This document shows positions 45,347-54,550 of a stretch of 64,000 nucleotides of DNA, one piece after another. The notes under the pieces are model-generated. The model ran no database searches and had not been told where the DNA came from. It saw nothing but the letters and a program-made list of their open reading frames with translations. A program made the translations under genes and the position numbers. Numbering within the stretch: position 1 is the first letter of the stretch; every line of letters begins with the position of its first letter. The stretch comes from Steroidobacteraceae bacterium (lineage in GTDB: Bacteria > Pseudomonadota > Gammaproteobacteria > Steroidobacterales > Steroidobacteraceae): contig JBFXCU010000007.1 of the NCBI GenBank assembly GCA_050181835.1, positions 24,888 to 88,887 on the forward strand. The letters run 5' to 3'.

Positions 45347-45429
45347 TGCATTTGCGAACGTGGCAAAGTGAGACTTGAGTTAACGTAGTAGATACTTGGT
45401 CTGTTGTCAGTCAGTGCGTGGTTTTAATC

Positions 45430-47745
45430 ATGAGTAAACGTCGTAATTCGGAAAAGAATGAACCCAAAGAACAGGCGTCGCCAGCAGTGAAGTCGTCAAA
45501 GTCAACCGCAACACAAGCACCCCGTAAGCGGGGCGGCGTGATCCTGCCCGATATTCTGGAGGCGCTGCGTAGTGCAGGGCAGCCACTGGCTTTGCCAGCG
45601 TTGGCTAGTATGTTGTCGATTGGCGGCAAGGCATCGCAGACTCGCTTGCAGCAACAACTGGCTGATTTGGAGCGTTCAGGCGAACTAGTCCGTAATCGTC
45701 GCGATGAATACTGTTTGCGAGAGCGCATTGGGCTGGTGGTGGGAACTGTTAGCGGCCATCGTGACGGGCATGGTTTTGTGCAACCAGATGATCGCTCGAC
45801 GCCAGTGTTTCTGTCACATCGGCAGATGCAACAAGTGATGCATGGTGATCGGGTCTCGGCACGCATTACTGGCACCGATCGTCGTGGCCGACCGGAAGGC
45901 AGCATTGTTGATGTATTGGAGCGCAGCACGCAGGAAATCGTTGGCCGCTTGTACGAAGATTCCGGTGTGTATTTTGTGGTACCAGACAATCCGCGCATCA
46001 GTCATCGAATTGTGGTACCAACCAAACAGCTACAAGGCGCGCGTGCCGGGCAGATTGTATTGCTGACGTTGATCGAGCAGCCAGGACGCAATGCCCAACC
46101 GCTTGGGCATGTCACCCATATTCTAGGTGACCATGGTGCGCCGGGGATGGAGACCGATATTGCCATTCACGCGCATGGCTTACCCTGCGAATTCCCGGAC
46201 GCCGTGGTGGCGGAGGCAAAAAAGTTTGGCGTTACGGTAAATGCCGCTGCCAAACGTAATCGTCTCGACTTGCGCAATTTACCGTTAGTTACCATTGATG
46301 GTGAAGATGCGCGTGACTTTGATGATGCGGTGTATTGCGAACCGGTACGCGGTGGCTGGCGTCTGTTGGTAGCGATTGCCGATGTCGGGCACTACGTGGC
46401 GCTGGGCAGTGAACTTGATGCAGAAGCAGCGCAGCGGGGCACATCGGTTTATTTTCCGAATCGCGTTATCCCCATGCTGCCGGAGGCTTTATCGAATGGC
46501 TTGTGTTCACTTAACCCTGAGGTAGATCGGTTATGCATGGTGTGCGAGATGCGGGTCTCACCGGCTGGAAAAATCACTCGCGCTGAATTTGCTGAAGCGG
46601 TGATGTGTTCAGCGGCACGATTTACCTATACCGAAGTGGCAGCATTTCTAGCTAATCCTGCCGCGCTGAATACCGCACAAGCACAGGCATTGGCAGCGCC
46701 TCTGCAGAATCTGCATGCCGTCTTTAAAGCATTGTCCATTGCACGTGCTGAACGTCATGCGTTGGAGTTTGATTCGCCGGAGCTAAAGGCGCGCTTTGAT
46801 CAGCAGGGCAAGGTAGCCGCGTTTGTCGAAGCGTCGCGTAACGATGCGCATCGATTGATTGAGGAATGCATGATTGCCGCCAATGTACAGGCGGCGAAGT
46901 TTCTCAAGAAGCACAAAATCCCGACTTTGTATCGGGTACACGGCGCACCGGAAGAGGATCGTTTGGAAAAGCTACGCGAGTTTTTACGCAGCTTCGCCAT
47001 CAGCCTGCCACAGGATGGGCCAATCACTCCCGCAGACCTGAGCGCCGTATTAAGAAAAACCAATGCCAGTGATGAAGCGCGCCTGATCGAAACCGTGGTG
47101 GTGCGCTCACTACCACAGGCGGTATACCAACCAGAGAATATCGGACATTTCGGATTGGCACTCAGTGAATATGCCCATTTCACCTCACCGATTCGACGCT
47201 ATCCTGACCTGCTGGTGCATAGGGGGATACGCCACGTGCTGCGTGGTGGTACGGCAGAAGACTGGCCAGAAGCGCTGGGAAATATGGATGCGTTAGGTCA
47301 ACAATGTTCAATGCTGGAGCGACGCGCAGATGATGCGACGCGCGATGCCATGGCTTGGTTGAAGTGTGAGTATATGCAGAATCGCATCGGTGACGAGTTC
47401 GACACGATAGTGACGGGGGTGGTGGACTTCGGTCTGTTTGCGCAGGTTAAAGGCATGCAGATTGATGGGCTGATTCATGTCAGCAGCCTCGGTACAGATT
47501 ACTTTCATCGCGATAAATCCGGCTATCGCCTAGTCGGTGAACGTAGTGGTCGAGTCTTCAGACTGGGCGATTCGTTGCGCGTGCGGCTAATCAATGTTGT
47601 GATTGATGAGCGAAAAATTGATTTCGAGCTGGTGCAGGATCGCCAGGATGCCGTCAGACCGTCATCATCAAAACAATTTGCAAACAAACCAGGGCGCGGT
47701 TCGTTTCACGCACGTCGTGGCGGACAACGCCGGAGAGATAAATGA
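45430..47745 (+). CDS. rnr: Ribonuclease R
   Basis: The ORF has cold-shock-like N-domains and an RNB catalytic domain (DGEDARDFDDAVY; HFGLALSEYAHFTSPIRRYPDLLVHR). These are followed by an S1 domain and a basic C-terminal tail. I chose the ATG at 45430 (MSKRRN). Confidence 0.95.
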   Translation: MSKRRNSEKNEPKEQASPAVKSSKSTATQAPRKRGGVILPDILEALRSAGQPLALPALASMLSIGGKASQTRLQQQLADLERSGELVRNRRDEYCLRERIGLVVGTVSGHRDGHGFVQPDDRSTPVFLSHRQMQQVMHGDRVSARITGTDRRGRPEGSIVDVLERSTQEIVGRLYEDSGVYFVVPDNPRISHRIVVPTKQLQGARAGQIVLLTLIEQPGRNAQPLGHVTHILGDHGAPGMETDIAIHAHGLPCEFPDAVVAEAKKFGVTVNAAAKRNRLDLRNLPLVTIDGEDARDFDDAVYCEPVRGGWRLLVAIADVGHYVALGSELDAEAAQRGTSVYFPNRVIPMLPEALSNGLCSLNPEVDRLCMVCEMRVSPAGKITRAEFAEAVMCSAARFTYTEVAAFLANPAALNTAQAQALAAPLQNLHAVFKALSIARAERHALEFDSPELKARFDQQGKVAAFVEASRNDAHRLIEECMIAANVQAAKFLKKHKIPTLYRVHGAPEEDRLEKLREFLRSFAISLPQDGPITPADLSAVLRKTNASDEARLIETVVVRSLPQAVYQPENIGHFGLALSEYAHFTSPIRRYPDLLVHRGIRHVLRGGTAEDWPEALGNMDALGQQCSMLERRADDATRDAMAWLKCEYMQNRIGDEFDTIVTGVVDFGLFAQVKGMQIDGLIHVSSLGTDYFHRDKSGYRLVGERSGRVFRLGDSLRVRLINVVIDERKIDFELVQDRQDAVRPSSSKQFANKPGRGSFHARRGGQRRRDK

Positions 47746-48488
47746 GTGAAGCCAGTTTGGTGTTTGGTATGCACGCAGTGCGTACCTTGTTACAACGTCA
47801 AGCCGATAAAGTGGAACAATTGCTACTGGTGCGCGGTCGTGAAGATGCCCGCATGAGTGAGGTACTGCAACTGGCTCGTGATCATGCGGTCAAAGTGGAG
47901 TTCCGCAGCGCGCATGATCTTGATCAGCTAGCTCGTGGTGAGCGGCATCAAGGTGTGTTGGCCAAGCTGGTGAAGGTGGATAACCTTGGCGAAGGTGCGT
48001 TGGATGAAATACTGGATAAAGCCGGTACAGTGCCATTGGTATTAGTGCTAGATGGGGTTACCGACCCCCATAATCTAGGTGCATGTTTACGCACTGCGGA
48101 TGCCGCTGGGGTACACGCGGTTATCGTACCTCGTGATCGCGCCGCCGGTATGTCGCCTACTGTACGCAAGGTGGCGGCGGGTGCCGCAGAAACGGTGCCG
48201 CTGATTCAGGTGGTTAATCTGGCGCGTACGCTACGTTGGTTAAAAGAGCGCGGTTTCTGGCTGGTTGGGACAGACGATCAAGCCGCTATCGCATTGCATA
48301 CTGCAAAATTGGCCGGGCCGCTGGCAGTTGTAATGGGTGCGGAAGGTGAGGGGATGCGTCGCCTCACCAAAGAAAATTGTGACTTGCTAGTCAACATCCC
48401 GATGCGGGGCGTGGTGGAAAGTTTGAACGTATCAGTGGCGACCGGAGTGATGTTGTACGAGGTGCTACGGCAGCGCACCTCGATCTGA
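47742..48488 (+). CDS. rlmB: 23S rRNA (guanosine2251-2'-O)-methyltransferase RlmB (SpoU/TrmH family)
   Basis: SpoU motifs are present (LDGVTDPHNLGACLRTADAAGV; VVMGAEGEGMR; IPMRGVVESLNVSVA). The gene forms the classical rnr-rlmB pair and its start overlaps the rnr stop (ATGA). Confidence 0.92.
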   Translation: MSEASLVFGMHAVRTLLQRQADKVEQLLLVRGREDARMSEVLQLARDHAVKVEFRSAHDLDQLARGERHQGVLAKLVKVDNLGEGALDEILDKAGTVPLVLVLDGVTDPHNLGACLRTADAAGVHAVIVPRDRAAGMSPTVRKVAAGAAETVPLIQVVNLARTLRWLKERGFWLVGTDDQAAIALHTAKLAGPLAVVMGAEGEGMRRLTKENCDLLVNIPMRGVVESLNVSVATGVMLYEVLRQRTSI

Positions 48489-48507
48489 TCCATCCATTGT
48501 TTAATTA

Positions 48508-50691
48508 CTAGTGCGTAGTGTTGGTTGTTACCACTGTGGTTGCGTTGTGATCTGCAGCAATCAAGTTACTAACGTAGTCAGCGGTAATTTCTGCAGTTTC
48601 ATTCAACAGAGCATCTGGGGCGGCATCTTTTTTCTGCGCGTCCTGACCTTCTTGCTTCTCAAGCTCTTCCAGAGTGGCAACGGTAGCTTCGCCAAGACTT
48701 GAGCGTCGGGTGTTGGCGCGTTCTAGACGTGCTTTATCTACTGCTTCGCGCTGCTGTTGCCGCGTTTTCAAATTAAGTGAAATAACTTTTTCCTTGCGCA
48801 ACTCATCGTACGCTGCAATGTTTTGCAGCAGGTACTGGTAGTTGGCATCGGCGGCGATCCGTTGGGCATGGTTGTTGAGCAAGCGATCAACCGTTGACTT
48901 CAAGCTATGACTTAAATTGCCTGCAGGTTCAAAACTGGCGGCACGGATACGATCCCAAGGTAAGGCGCTGTCCATGCTACTTTCACCGGTATCTTCGGTG
49001 CTAATTGCAGAGGGTAGAGAGATATCCGGTTCGACGCCACGATGCTGAGTACTCTCGCCAGTGATGCGATAAAACTTGCCAGTGGTGATGGTGAGCTGAC
49101 CAAATCCGGCGTCTTTGCTAGTAGTGAATCGATCTAGTGGATTCACGGTTTGCACCGTGCCCTTGCCAAAACTCTGCTGACCAATAATCAAACCGCGCCC
49201 ATAGTCCTGAATGGCGCCCGCAAAAATTTCTGATGCGGAAGCGCTGTATCTATCAATCAAGACTGTAAGCGGGCCATCCCACTCGACATGGCTGTCGGTG
49301 TCATCCAGCGCTTCGATTTGACCGCCAGTTTGCCGTACTTGTACTACTGGACCGGTGTTGATGAATAGGCCGGTCAAGCCAATGGCTTCTTGCAAATTGC
49401 CGCCGCCATCGGCGCGTAAGTCCATGACAATGGCTTGCACACCGACTTGTTTAAGTTCGGTTATCAACTTACTTACATCACGGGTCAGACTACGATAGTT
49501 AGGATCGCCGGCTTGCTGCGCATCGGAGTCTTGATAAAAACTGGGCACGGTGATGATGCCTATCTTGACGTCCTTGCCCTTACGCTTGACGGTGTGGATT
49601 GTTTGTTTGGCAGCATATGACTCCATGGTGATCTTGTTGCGTACCAGGCTAATGACTTTTTCAGTTGATCCCGGAGCTGCGCCTGCCGGCAGTATTTGCA
49701 GACGCACCGTGGTGCCGCCTTTGCCGCGAATAAGTTGCACCACATCATCAATACGCCAGCCAGTGACATCCACCAATTTGGCTGTCGTGCCTTCACCTAC
49801 CGCAGTGATACGATCATTGGCGTTAATCAGTCCACTGACCGCCGCTGCACCGCCGGCGATGACGCCCTGTACCACCACAAAATCATCTACCACGGATAAC
49901 GATGCGCCAATCCCCTCATAAGAAAGGCTCATTGCAATCTTGAATTCATTTGAATCGCGTGGTGAAAAGTAGTTGGAGTGCGGATCAAATACATGCACGA
50001 ACGAATTCATGAATACATCAAAGACATCGTCACCGCTGGTCTTGTCCATGTTTTTTAGCGCACGCGTGTAGCGCTTTTCCAGCGCTTCTTTGGCTTCTTG
50101 CCAAGTCTTACCGGTCAGCATTAGCGACAACGCATCATTCTTTACGCGTTTGCGCCATAGCTCGTTCATCATCTCGATATCATCTAGCCATGGGGCTTTA
50201 GTCCGGTCATAGTCGAAAGACTCATCAAGCGTAAAGTCAGGCTCGGTTTTCAGCAGTTCAAGCGCATAGTTGATACGCTCCTTATTGCGGGATTGGAACC
50301 GATTGTAGACTGCAAACGCGGGGTCAATATTGCCATTGAGAATGGCATCATCCAGTTGGTATCGAATGCGCTCGAACTCTTTGATGTCACTGGCCAGAAA
50401 ATAACTACGTGCCGGATCCAAGTTGGACAGGTAGCGATCCAGCATGACTGATGAAAATGGGTCATTGATGCTGGTTTGCCGATAGTGGGCTCGTTCCATT
50501 ATTGCGCTGACCAAGCGACTTACCTGACGTTGCCGGTCGGTGGCGGCGTAGCTACCTTCTGTATTGGCCACTGCTACGTTTAGCGGCAATTGCGAAGACG
50601 CTGATAATCCCAGCGCCAACACAGCCATGGCGGTGCCACTCAACCACAGGCTGCGTTTATGAAGGTATTGGTTACTGCTGGAAGAAGTCAT
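48508..50691 (-). CDS. prc: Periplasmic tail-specific (C-terminal processing) protease Prc, S41 family
   Basis: The roughly 727-aa ORF has a signal sequence, a PDZ region and the S41 catalytic region (DLRADGGGNLQEA...SASASEIFAGAIQDYGRG...SFGKGTVQ). The start at 50691 (MTSSSSNQY...) is preferred. Confidence 0.9.
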   Translation of the reverse strand: MTSSSSNQYLHKRSLWLSGTAMAVLALGLSASSQLPLNVAVANTEGSYAATDRQRQVSRLVSAIMERAHYRQTSINDPFSSVMLDRYLSNLDPARSYFLASDIKEFERIRYQLDDAILNGNIDPAFAVYNRFQSRNKERINYALELLKTEPDFTLDESFDYDRTKAPWLDDIEMMNELWRKRVKNDALSLMLTGKTWQEAKEALEKRYTRALKNMDKTSGDDVFDVFMNSFVHVFDPHSNYFSPRDSNEFKIAMSLSYEGIGASLSVVDDFVVVQGVIAGGAAAVSGLINANDRITAVGEGTTAKLVDVTGWRIDDVVQLIRGKGGTTVRLQILPAGAAPGSTEKVISLVRNKITMESYAAKQTIHTVKRKGKDVKIGIITVPSFYQDSDAQQAGDPNYRSLTRDVSKLITELKQVGVQAIVMDLRADGGGNLQEAIGLTGLFINTGPVVQVRQTGGQIEALDDTDSHVEWDGPLTVLIDRYSASASEIFAGAIQDYGRGLIIGQQSFGKGTVQTVNPLDRFTTSKDAGFGQLTITTGKFYRITGESTQHRGVEPDISLPSAISTEDTGESSMDSALPWDRIRAASFEPAGNLSHSLKSTVDRLLNNHAQRIAADANYQYLLQNIAAYDELRKEKVISLNLKTRQQQREAVDKARLERANTRRSSLGEATVATLEELEKQEGQDAQKKDAAPDALLNETAEITADYVSNLIAADHNATTVVTTNTTH

Positions 50692-50816
50692 TAGACTGCT
50701 ACACTCACTGTTTAATGCTTCTGCCAGAGTAGGGGTGAGTGATAAGGCAATCAAGCCTGTATAGCGACTTTATGCCGGATTTTTGTGACAAATAGTTAAT
50801 ACGCAGGAAGTATCCA

Positions 50817-51104
50817 TTGGGACCGTTAGCCGCCTTGACCGCCATCATTTTCGGATCAGCTGTCGCCATTAGCTTTAGTTTGTGTGCAGTGTTGGTCATT
50901 TTCTGGGTGATTCACGCAGACATCGCGCAAATTGGCGTAGAGATAGGGCAGTTACCGTTCTATTGTCTGGGATTTTTGGCGCTGGCGGGTGTTTCGGGCT
51001 CTGCCATGTTCAGTTTGGCGAAAAACCTGTGGTGGCGTTGGCGTGCGCAAGCAGCTATGTGGGTATCGTTGGCTGGGGGCGTGCTCCTGATCTGGTTACG
51101 CTAG
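50817..51104 (+). CDS. Hypothetical small membrane protein
   Basis: The 95-aa ORF has three predicted hydrophobic helices. It starts with TTG and has no clear RBS. Confidence 0.35.
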   Translation: MGPLAALTAIIFGSAVAISFSLCAVLVIFWVIHADIAQIGVEIGQLPFYCLGFLALAGVSGSAMFSLAKNLWWRWRAQAAMWVSLAGGVLLIWLR

Positions 51105-51134
51105 TTACACACTAAGTCAGTGTCAGCTGGCTTA

Positions 51135-51404
51135 TCAGCGCGGAACTCGCGACCATGTGTTGCGTTTGTCAAAAGCACCGCTGTTGTAAGGGTCAAAGCT
51201 TTGGTTTTTCTCTTGATCTAGGGATGGCTTATCGAGCGCCTTGTTAGGCTCTACACTGGGGCGGTTATGCAAACGGCTTTGTTGCGTACCAGTAAGGCTT
51301 TTCGGTGCTGCAGTTGGTGGCGAAAAAGCTGCAGTCTTGGGCTGATTTTGAGCGAGCCTAAGTTGAGTTGCAGGCGCTGAGTAGAAGCGGTTTCCGTTGC
51401 TCAT
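51135..51404 (-). CDS. Hypothetical low-complexity protein (89 aa)
   Basis: This is an ORF call only. The protein is Pro/Gln/Ser-rich with a conserved-looking C-terminus (FDPYNSGAFDKRNTW). No RBS was seen. Confidence 0.3.
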   Translation of the reverse strand: MSNGNRFYSAPATQLRLAQNQPKTAAFSPPTAAPKSLTGTQQSRLHNRPSVEPNKALDKPSLDQEKNQSFDPYNSGAFDKRNTWSRVPR

Positions 51405-51571
51405 AAAGCTAAGTGATGGTTGTCAAAAACAAGGGTATTGAATCACGCCCGCAGTCTACTGTTGCTGAATGAGACAGGCCTATAGAAGACAAAGCGATTT
51501 ATGTTTTATCGTGTTGAATCTGTGATGCCAGTCACACTGAATCAGCATACACGCTTTATATCTGCCTCTAA

Positions 51572-51886
51572 TCATGCGCCAAGGCGAGGTTCGCGGCGCG
51601 TCGGTAGTTTTTGTGTAGATGGCTTGGCTGAGCTAACACTTGTCATGCGTAGGACCAACCTGATCAGCAGCACAGCACTGGGAGGGGCAAGCGCCAATAC
51701 CCATGCAGAGGGTTGCAATTGCTGCAATCCTTGCAAAGTGCTGGTGTACATACCGGCGAAACCAGATGCGTGAGGGCCAAATAGTTTTGTCCCCACCAAA
51801 TAAATCAATGCGGGTAACAGCAACAAACTCAGCAGGCCGACAACCACAACCAGCAACAGCTCGGTACGAAGGGAAAATGTTTTCAT
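51572..51886 (-). CDS. Hypothetical membrane protein (104 aa)
   Basis: From the ATG at 51886 it reads MKTFSLRTELLLVVVVGLLSLLLLPALIYLVG.... The upstream part of the 227-aa track ORF is antisense to the oxidoreductase gene and is discarded. The RBS is weak. Confidence 0.4.
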   Translation of the reverse strand: MKTFSLRTELLLVVVVGLLSLLLLPALIYLVGTKLFGPHASGFAGMYTSTLQGLQQLQPSAWVLALAPPSAVLLIRLVLRMTSVSSAKPSTQKLPTRREPRLGA

Positions 51887-51976
51887 ATGATGGTGCAACT
51901 CAAGTCGGACTGCCGATTTGCTGCATCTTCCAGTAAAGTGCCGCCGCATTGCAATTCCTTGATCAGAGAAACACAT

Positions 51977-52939
51977 ATGAATACTGCCGTGACCCAACCA
52001 CTTCGTACCGCCGTCATTGGGGTTGGGTATCTGGGACGGTTTCATGCGCAGAAATACCGTGAGTTGCCCAATTCGAAATTGGTTGCCGTGGTAGATAGCG
52101 TGCCAGCGGCGGCGCAGCAGGTAGCGAATGAACTCGGTGTAGCCGCTGTATCCGACTATCGCGAGTTGTTGGGTAAGGTTGATGCGGTCAGCATTGTGGT
52201 GCCCACGCCATTGCATTTCGCTGTGGCGGAAGCTTTTCTCGCGCACGGCGTGCATGTGCTGGTGGAAAAACCGATAACTGAAACTATTGCGCAGGCACAG
52301 CGACTGATTGATCTGGCCAAACTTAAATACTGCGTACTACAAGTGGGGCATCTGGAGCGCTTCAATCCGGCAATCCAGGCTGCGGCCAAACTGATCGATA
52401 CACCACGCTTTATCGAATCGCATCGTCTAGCGCCCTTCAAGCAGCGTGGTACCGATGTGAGCGTGGTATTGGATCTGATGATCCACGATATTGATCTGAT
52501 TCAGGAATTGGTGGGGAAGCCTATTGCCAGCATCGATGCGGTGGGCGCGCAGGTGTTTTCTCAGGACATCGATATTGCCAATGCGCGCATTCGTTTTGAA
52601 GGTGGCTGCGTCGTCAATACCACCGCGAGCCGGGTCAGCCTCAAACAGGAACGCAAAATGCGCATCTTCCAAGACGATGCCTACCTATCGATTGACCTGC
52701 AACAGAAAATATTGAGCGTGGTTAGCAAAAAGCTACCCGGGCCAGTGGATTCGCCATCGCAAGTGGCGATTGACGAACAATCATTCGATCAGGGCGATGC
52801 GTTGCGTAGCGAAATCGCGGCGTTTCTACACTCAGTACAGACGGGCGGTGCGCCAGTGGTCAGTGGTGAGGATGGGTTACGCGCGCTGGCGACAGCGATC
52901 CAGATTACCGAATTGCTGGCCCAGCAGCAGCAATCCTGA
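51977..52939 (+). CDS. Gfo/Idh/MocA-family NAD(P)-dependent oxidoreductase
   Basis: A Rossmann N-terminus from the ATG at 51977 (MNTAVTQPLRTAVIGVGYLGRFHAQKY) is followed by the EKP motif (VLVEKPIT). Confidence 0.88.
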   Translation: MNTAVTQPLRTAVIGVGYLGRFHAQKYRELPNSKLVAVVDSVPAAAQQVANELGVAAVSDYRELLGKVDAVSIVVPTPLHFAVAEAFLAHGVHVLVEKPITETIAQAQRLIDLAKLKYCVLQVGHLERFNPAIQAAAKLIDTPRFIESHRLAPFKQRGTDVSVVLDLMIHDIDLIQELVGKPIASIDAVGAQVFSQDIDIANARIRFEGGCVVNTTASRVSLKQERKMRIFQDDAYLSIDLQQKILSVVSKKLPGPVDSPSQVAIDEQSFDQGDALRSEIAAFLHSVQTGGAPVVSGEDGLRALATAIQITELLAQQQQS

Positions 52940-52946
52940 TTTTAAC

Positions 52947-53213
52947 TCACTCCAGCCATTGCTTACGGCGACGTTTGCCGCCGTGTTGTTCGCGCTCGCC
53001 GATATCATAATCGTCAAAGTCTGATACCTGTTCGGCGGTGAATTTTTGTTCGCGATATTTTTCCAACCTGCGCCAAGCAGGCTCCTCCTGTGACACAGTG
53101 CCACGTTTGGAACGTCCAATGTCTTCGATCAAAGATTCGTACTTGGAATCATCGCTATCTGCGCCGACCAAGTCAGCGTCCTCATCAAAATCGTCTTCCG
53201 GCTTTTCGCTCAT
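52947..53213 (-). CDS. Small highly acidic protein (possibly PA3496-like; naming tentative)
   Basis: The 88-aa ORF has acidic ends and a central basic helix (AWRRLEKYREQKFTAEQVSDFDDYD). It lies directly downstream of gspF. Confidence 0.5.
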   Translation of the reverse strand: MSEKPEDDFDEDADLVGADSDDSKYESLIEDIGRSKRGTVSQEEPAWRRLEKYREQKFTAEQVSDFDDYDIGEREQHGGKRRRKQWLE

Positions 53214-53314
53214 GAAGTGAACCGTAGTGATCGAACAGTAAAGTTGCGGGTAGGTAAATTTATATTTGTATTTTCTGAATCACGCAAGTTTTGTTTTTGG
53301 TGACCCTAATTGGC

Positions 53315-54541
53315 TTATCTGACCAGCTCGTTCAATTGGAAGATCGGTAGCAACATGGCGAGTACGATAAACAGTACCAGCCCAGCCATAGCGACAATCA
53401 TTAATGGGCCAAGAATACCGACGAACGCGCCTAGTACCGCGTCCATTTCGCGCTCCTGATTGGCGGCAGCACGATCCAGCATGGCTTCTAGCTCGCCGCT
53501 GGATTCACCGCTGGAAATAAGGTGAATCATCATGGGTGGAAACTGCTTGGTGGCACCCAAGGAACGACCAATGGGCGAGCCTTCGCGCACCTTTACGGCA
53601 GCAGCTTGCACTGCCTCGCGCATTGGTAAATTACTCACCACTTCGCCGGAGATACGCAGGGCGTCAAGTACCGGCACCGCGCTGGACGTCAGTGTGGCCA
53701 GTGTGCGTGCAAAGCGGGTGGTGTTAGTGCCGCGTACCACACGGCCTAACAGTGGCACACGCAGCAGGAAGGCATGAAAGCGGCGCCGATTGGCTTCGAT
53801 GCGCAGCGACCGATTGAACAAGATGCCGCCTATCACTAAGGTCGCCAGCAACAGCAATCCCCAATCACGCATGAAGTCCGAGAAAGCCATCAGGATGCGT
53901 GTCATCAATGGCAGGGCGGCCTTGGCGTTATCAAACTGCTTGACGATTTTAGGCACTACATAGGTGAGCATTAGCATCACGATGCCCGAGCACACCGTAA
54001 ACAGCAGCACTGGATACAGCATGGCATTGATGGTGCGGCTGCGTAATTGCTCGCGTGATTCGGTGTAATCCGCCAAGCGTTCCAGCACCGTATCCAGGTG
54101 GCCGGATTGTTCGCCAGCAGCCACCGTTGCCCGATATATTTCTGGAAATGAACTAGGGAAGTCACTCAGGCCATCAGCCAGTGGATGCCCTTCTAAGACT
54201 TTGGCACGCACGCCCATGAAGACGCTGCGCACGTGTGCCTGCTCGGTTTGTTCCGAGACGGCTAATAGGGATTCTTCCAATGGCAGGCTAGCGCGTACCA
54301 AGGTGGAGAGTTGGCGAGTGACCAGCGCCAGCTCATAGGCACTCAGACGTTTAGTACGCTTAGTGCTGAAGCGACTGGCTCGATCACTGCGAGCCTCACG
54401 GCGTTGTACTTCTTCGACACTGATTGGCAGCAGGCTTTGGTCGCGCAATAGCTGCCGTACCTGTTTGGCAGTATCGCCTTCCAGAATGCCCTGCCGCTCC
54501 TGACCAGTCGTGTCCAGTGCAGTATATTGGAATGCGCCCAT
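53315..54541 (-). CDS. gspF: Type II secretion system inner-membrane platform protein GspF
   Basis: The 408-aa ORF has two GspF repeats (ELALVTRQLSTLVRASLPLEESL; RFARTLATLTSSAVPVLDAL) and three TM segments. Confidence 0.93.
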   Translation of the reverse strand: MGAFQYTALDTTGQERQGILEGDTAKQVRQLLRDQSLLPISVEEVQRREARSDRASRFSTKRTKRLSAYELALVTRQLSTLVRASLPLEESLLAVSEQTEQAHVRSVFMGVRAKVLEGHPLADGLSDFPSSFPEIYRATVAAGEQSGHLDTVLERLADYTESREQLRSRTINAMLYPVLLFTVCSGIVMLMLTYVVPKIVKQFDNAKAALPLMTRILMAFSDFMRDWGLLLLATLVIGGILFNRSLRIEANRRRFHAFLLRVPLLGRVVRGTNTTRFARTLATLTSSAVPVLDALRISGEVVSNLPMREAVQAAAVKVREGSPIGRSLGATKQFPPMMIHLISSGESSGELEAMLDRAAANQEREMDAVLGAFVGILGPLMIVAMAGLVLFIVLAMLLPIFQLNELVR

Positions 54542-54550
54542 TTGATCGGC

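Noticed and set aside
45032-45388. A 118-aa plus-strand ORF spanning the cgs-rnr spacer.
   Set aside because: It runs antisense straight through the tRNA-Leu gene and its promoter. It has no RBS and no recognisable domain.
45411-45998. A 195-aa minus-strand ORF, and similar long antisense ORFs at 1021-1473, 3055-3618, 12019-12435, 15154-15573, 25998-26429, 29032-29457, 46800-47183 and 60247-60699.
   Set aside because: Each lies entirely opposite a well-supported conserved CDS. Their composition is Arg/Ser/Cys/Pro-rich, typical of shadow frames in moderately GC-rich coding DNA, and they have no RBS.
51887-52255. A 30-codon N-terminal extension of the oxidoreductase ORF, and the upstream 123 codons of the 227-aa minus ORF.
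   Set aside because: The two overlap each other. The Rossmann fold starts at the ATG at 51977, and the hydrophobic small protein starts at 51886, so the extensions are read-through of non-coding DNA.
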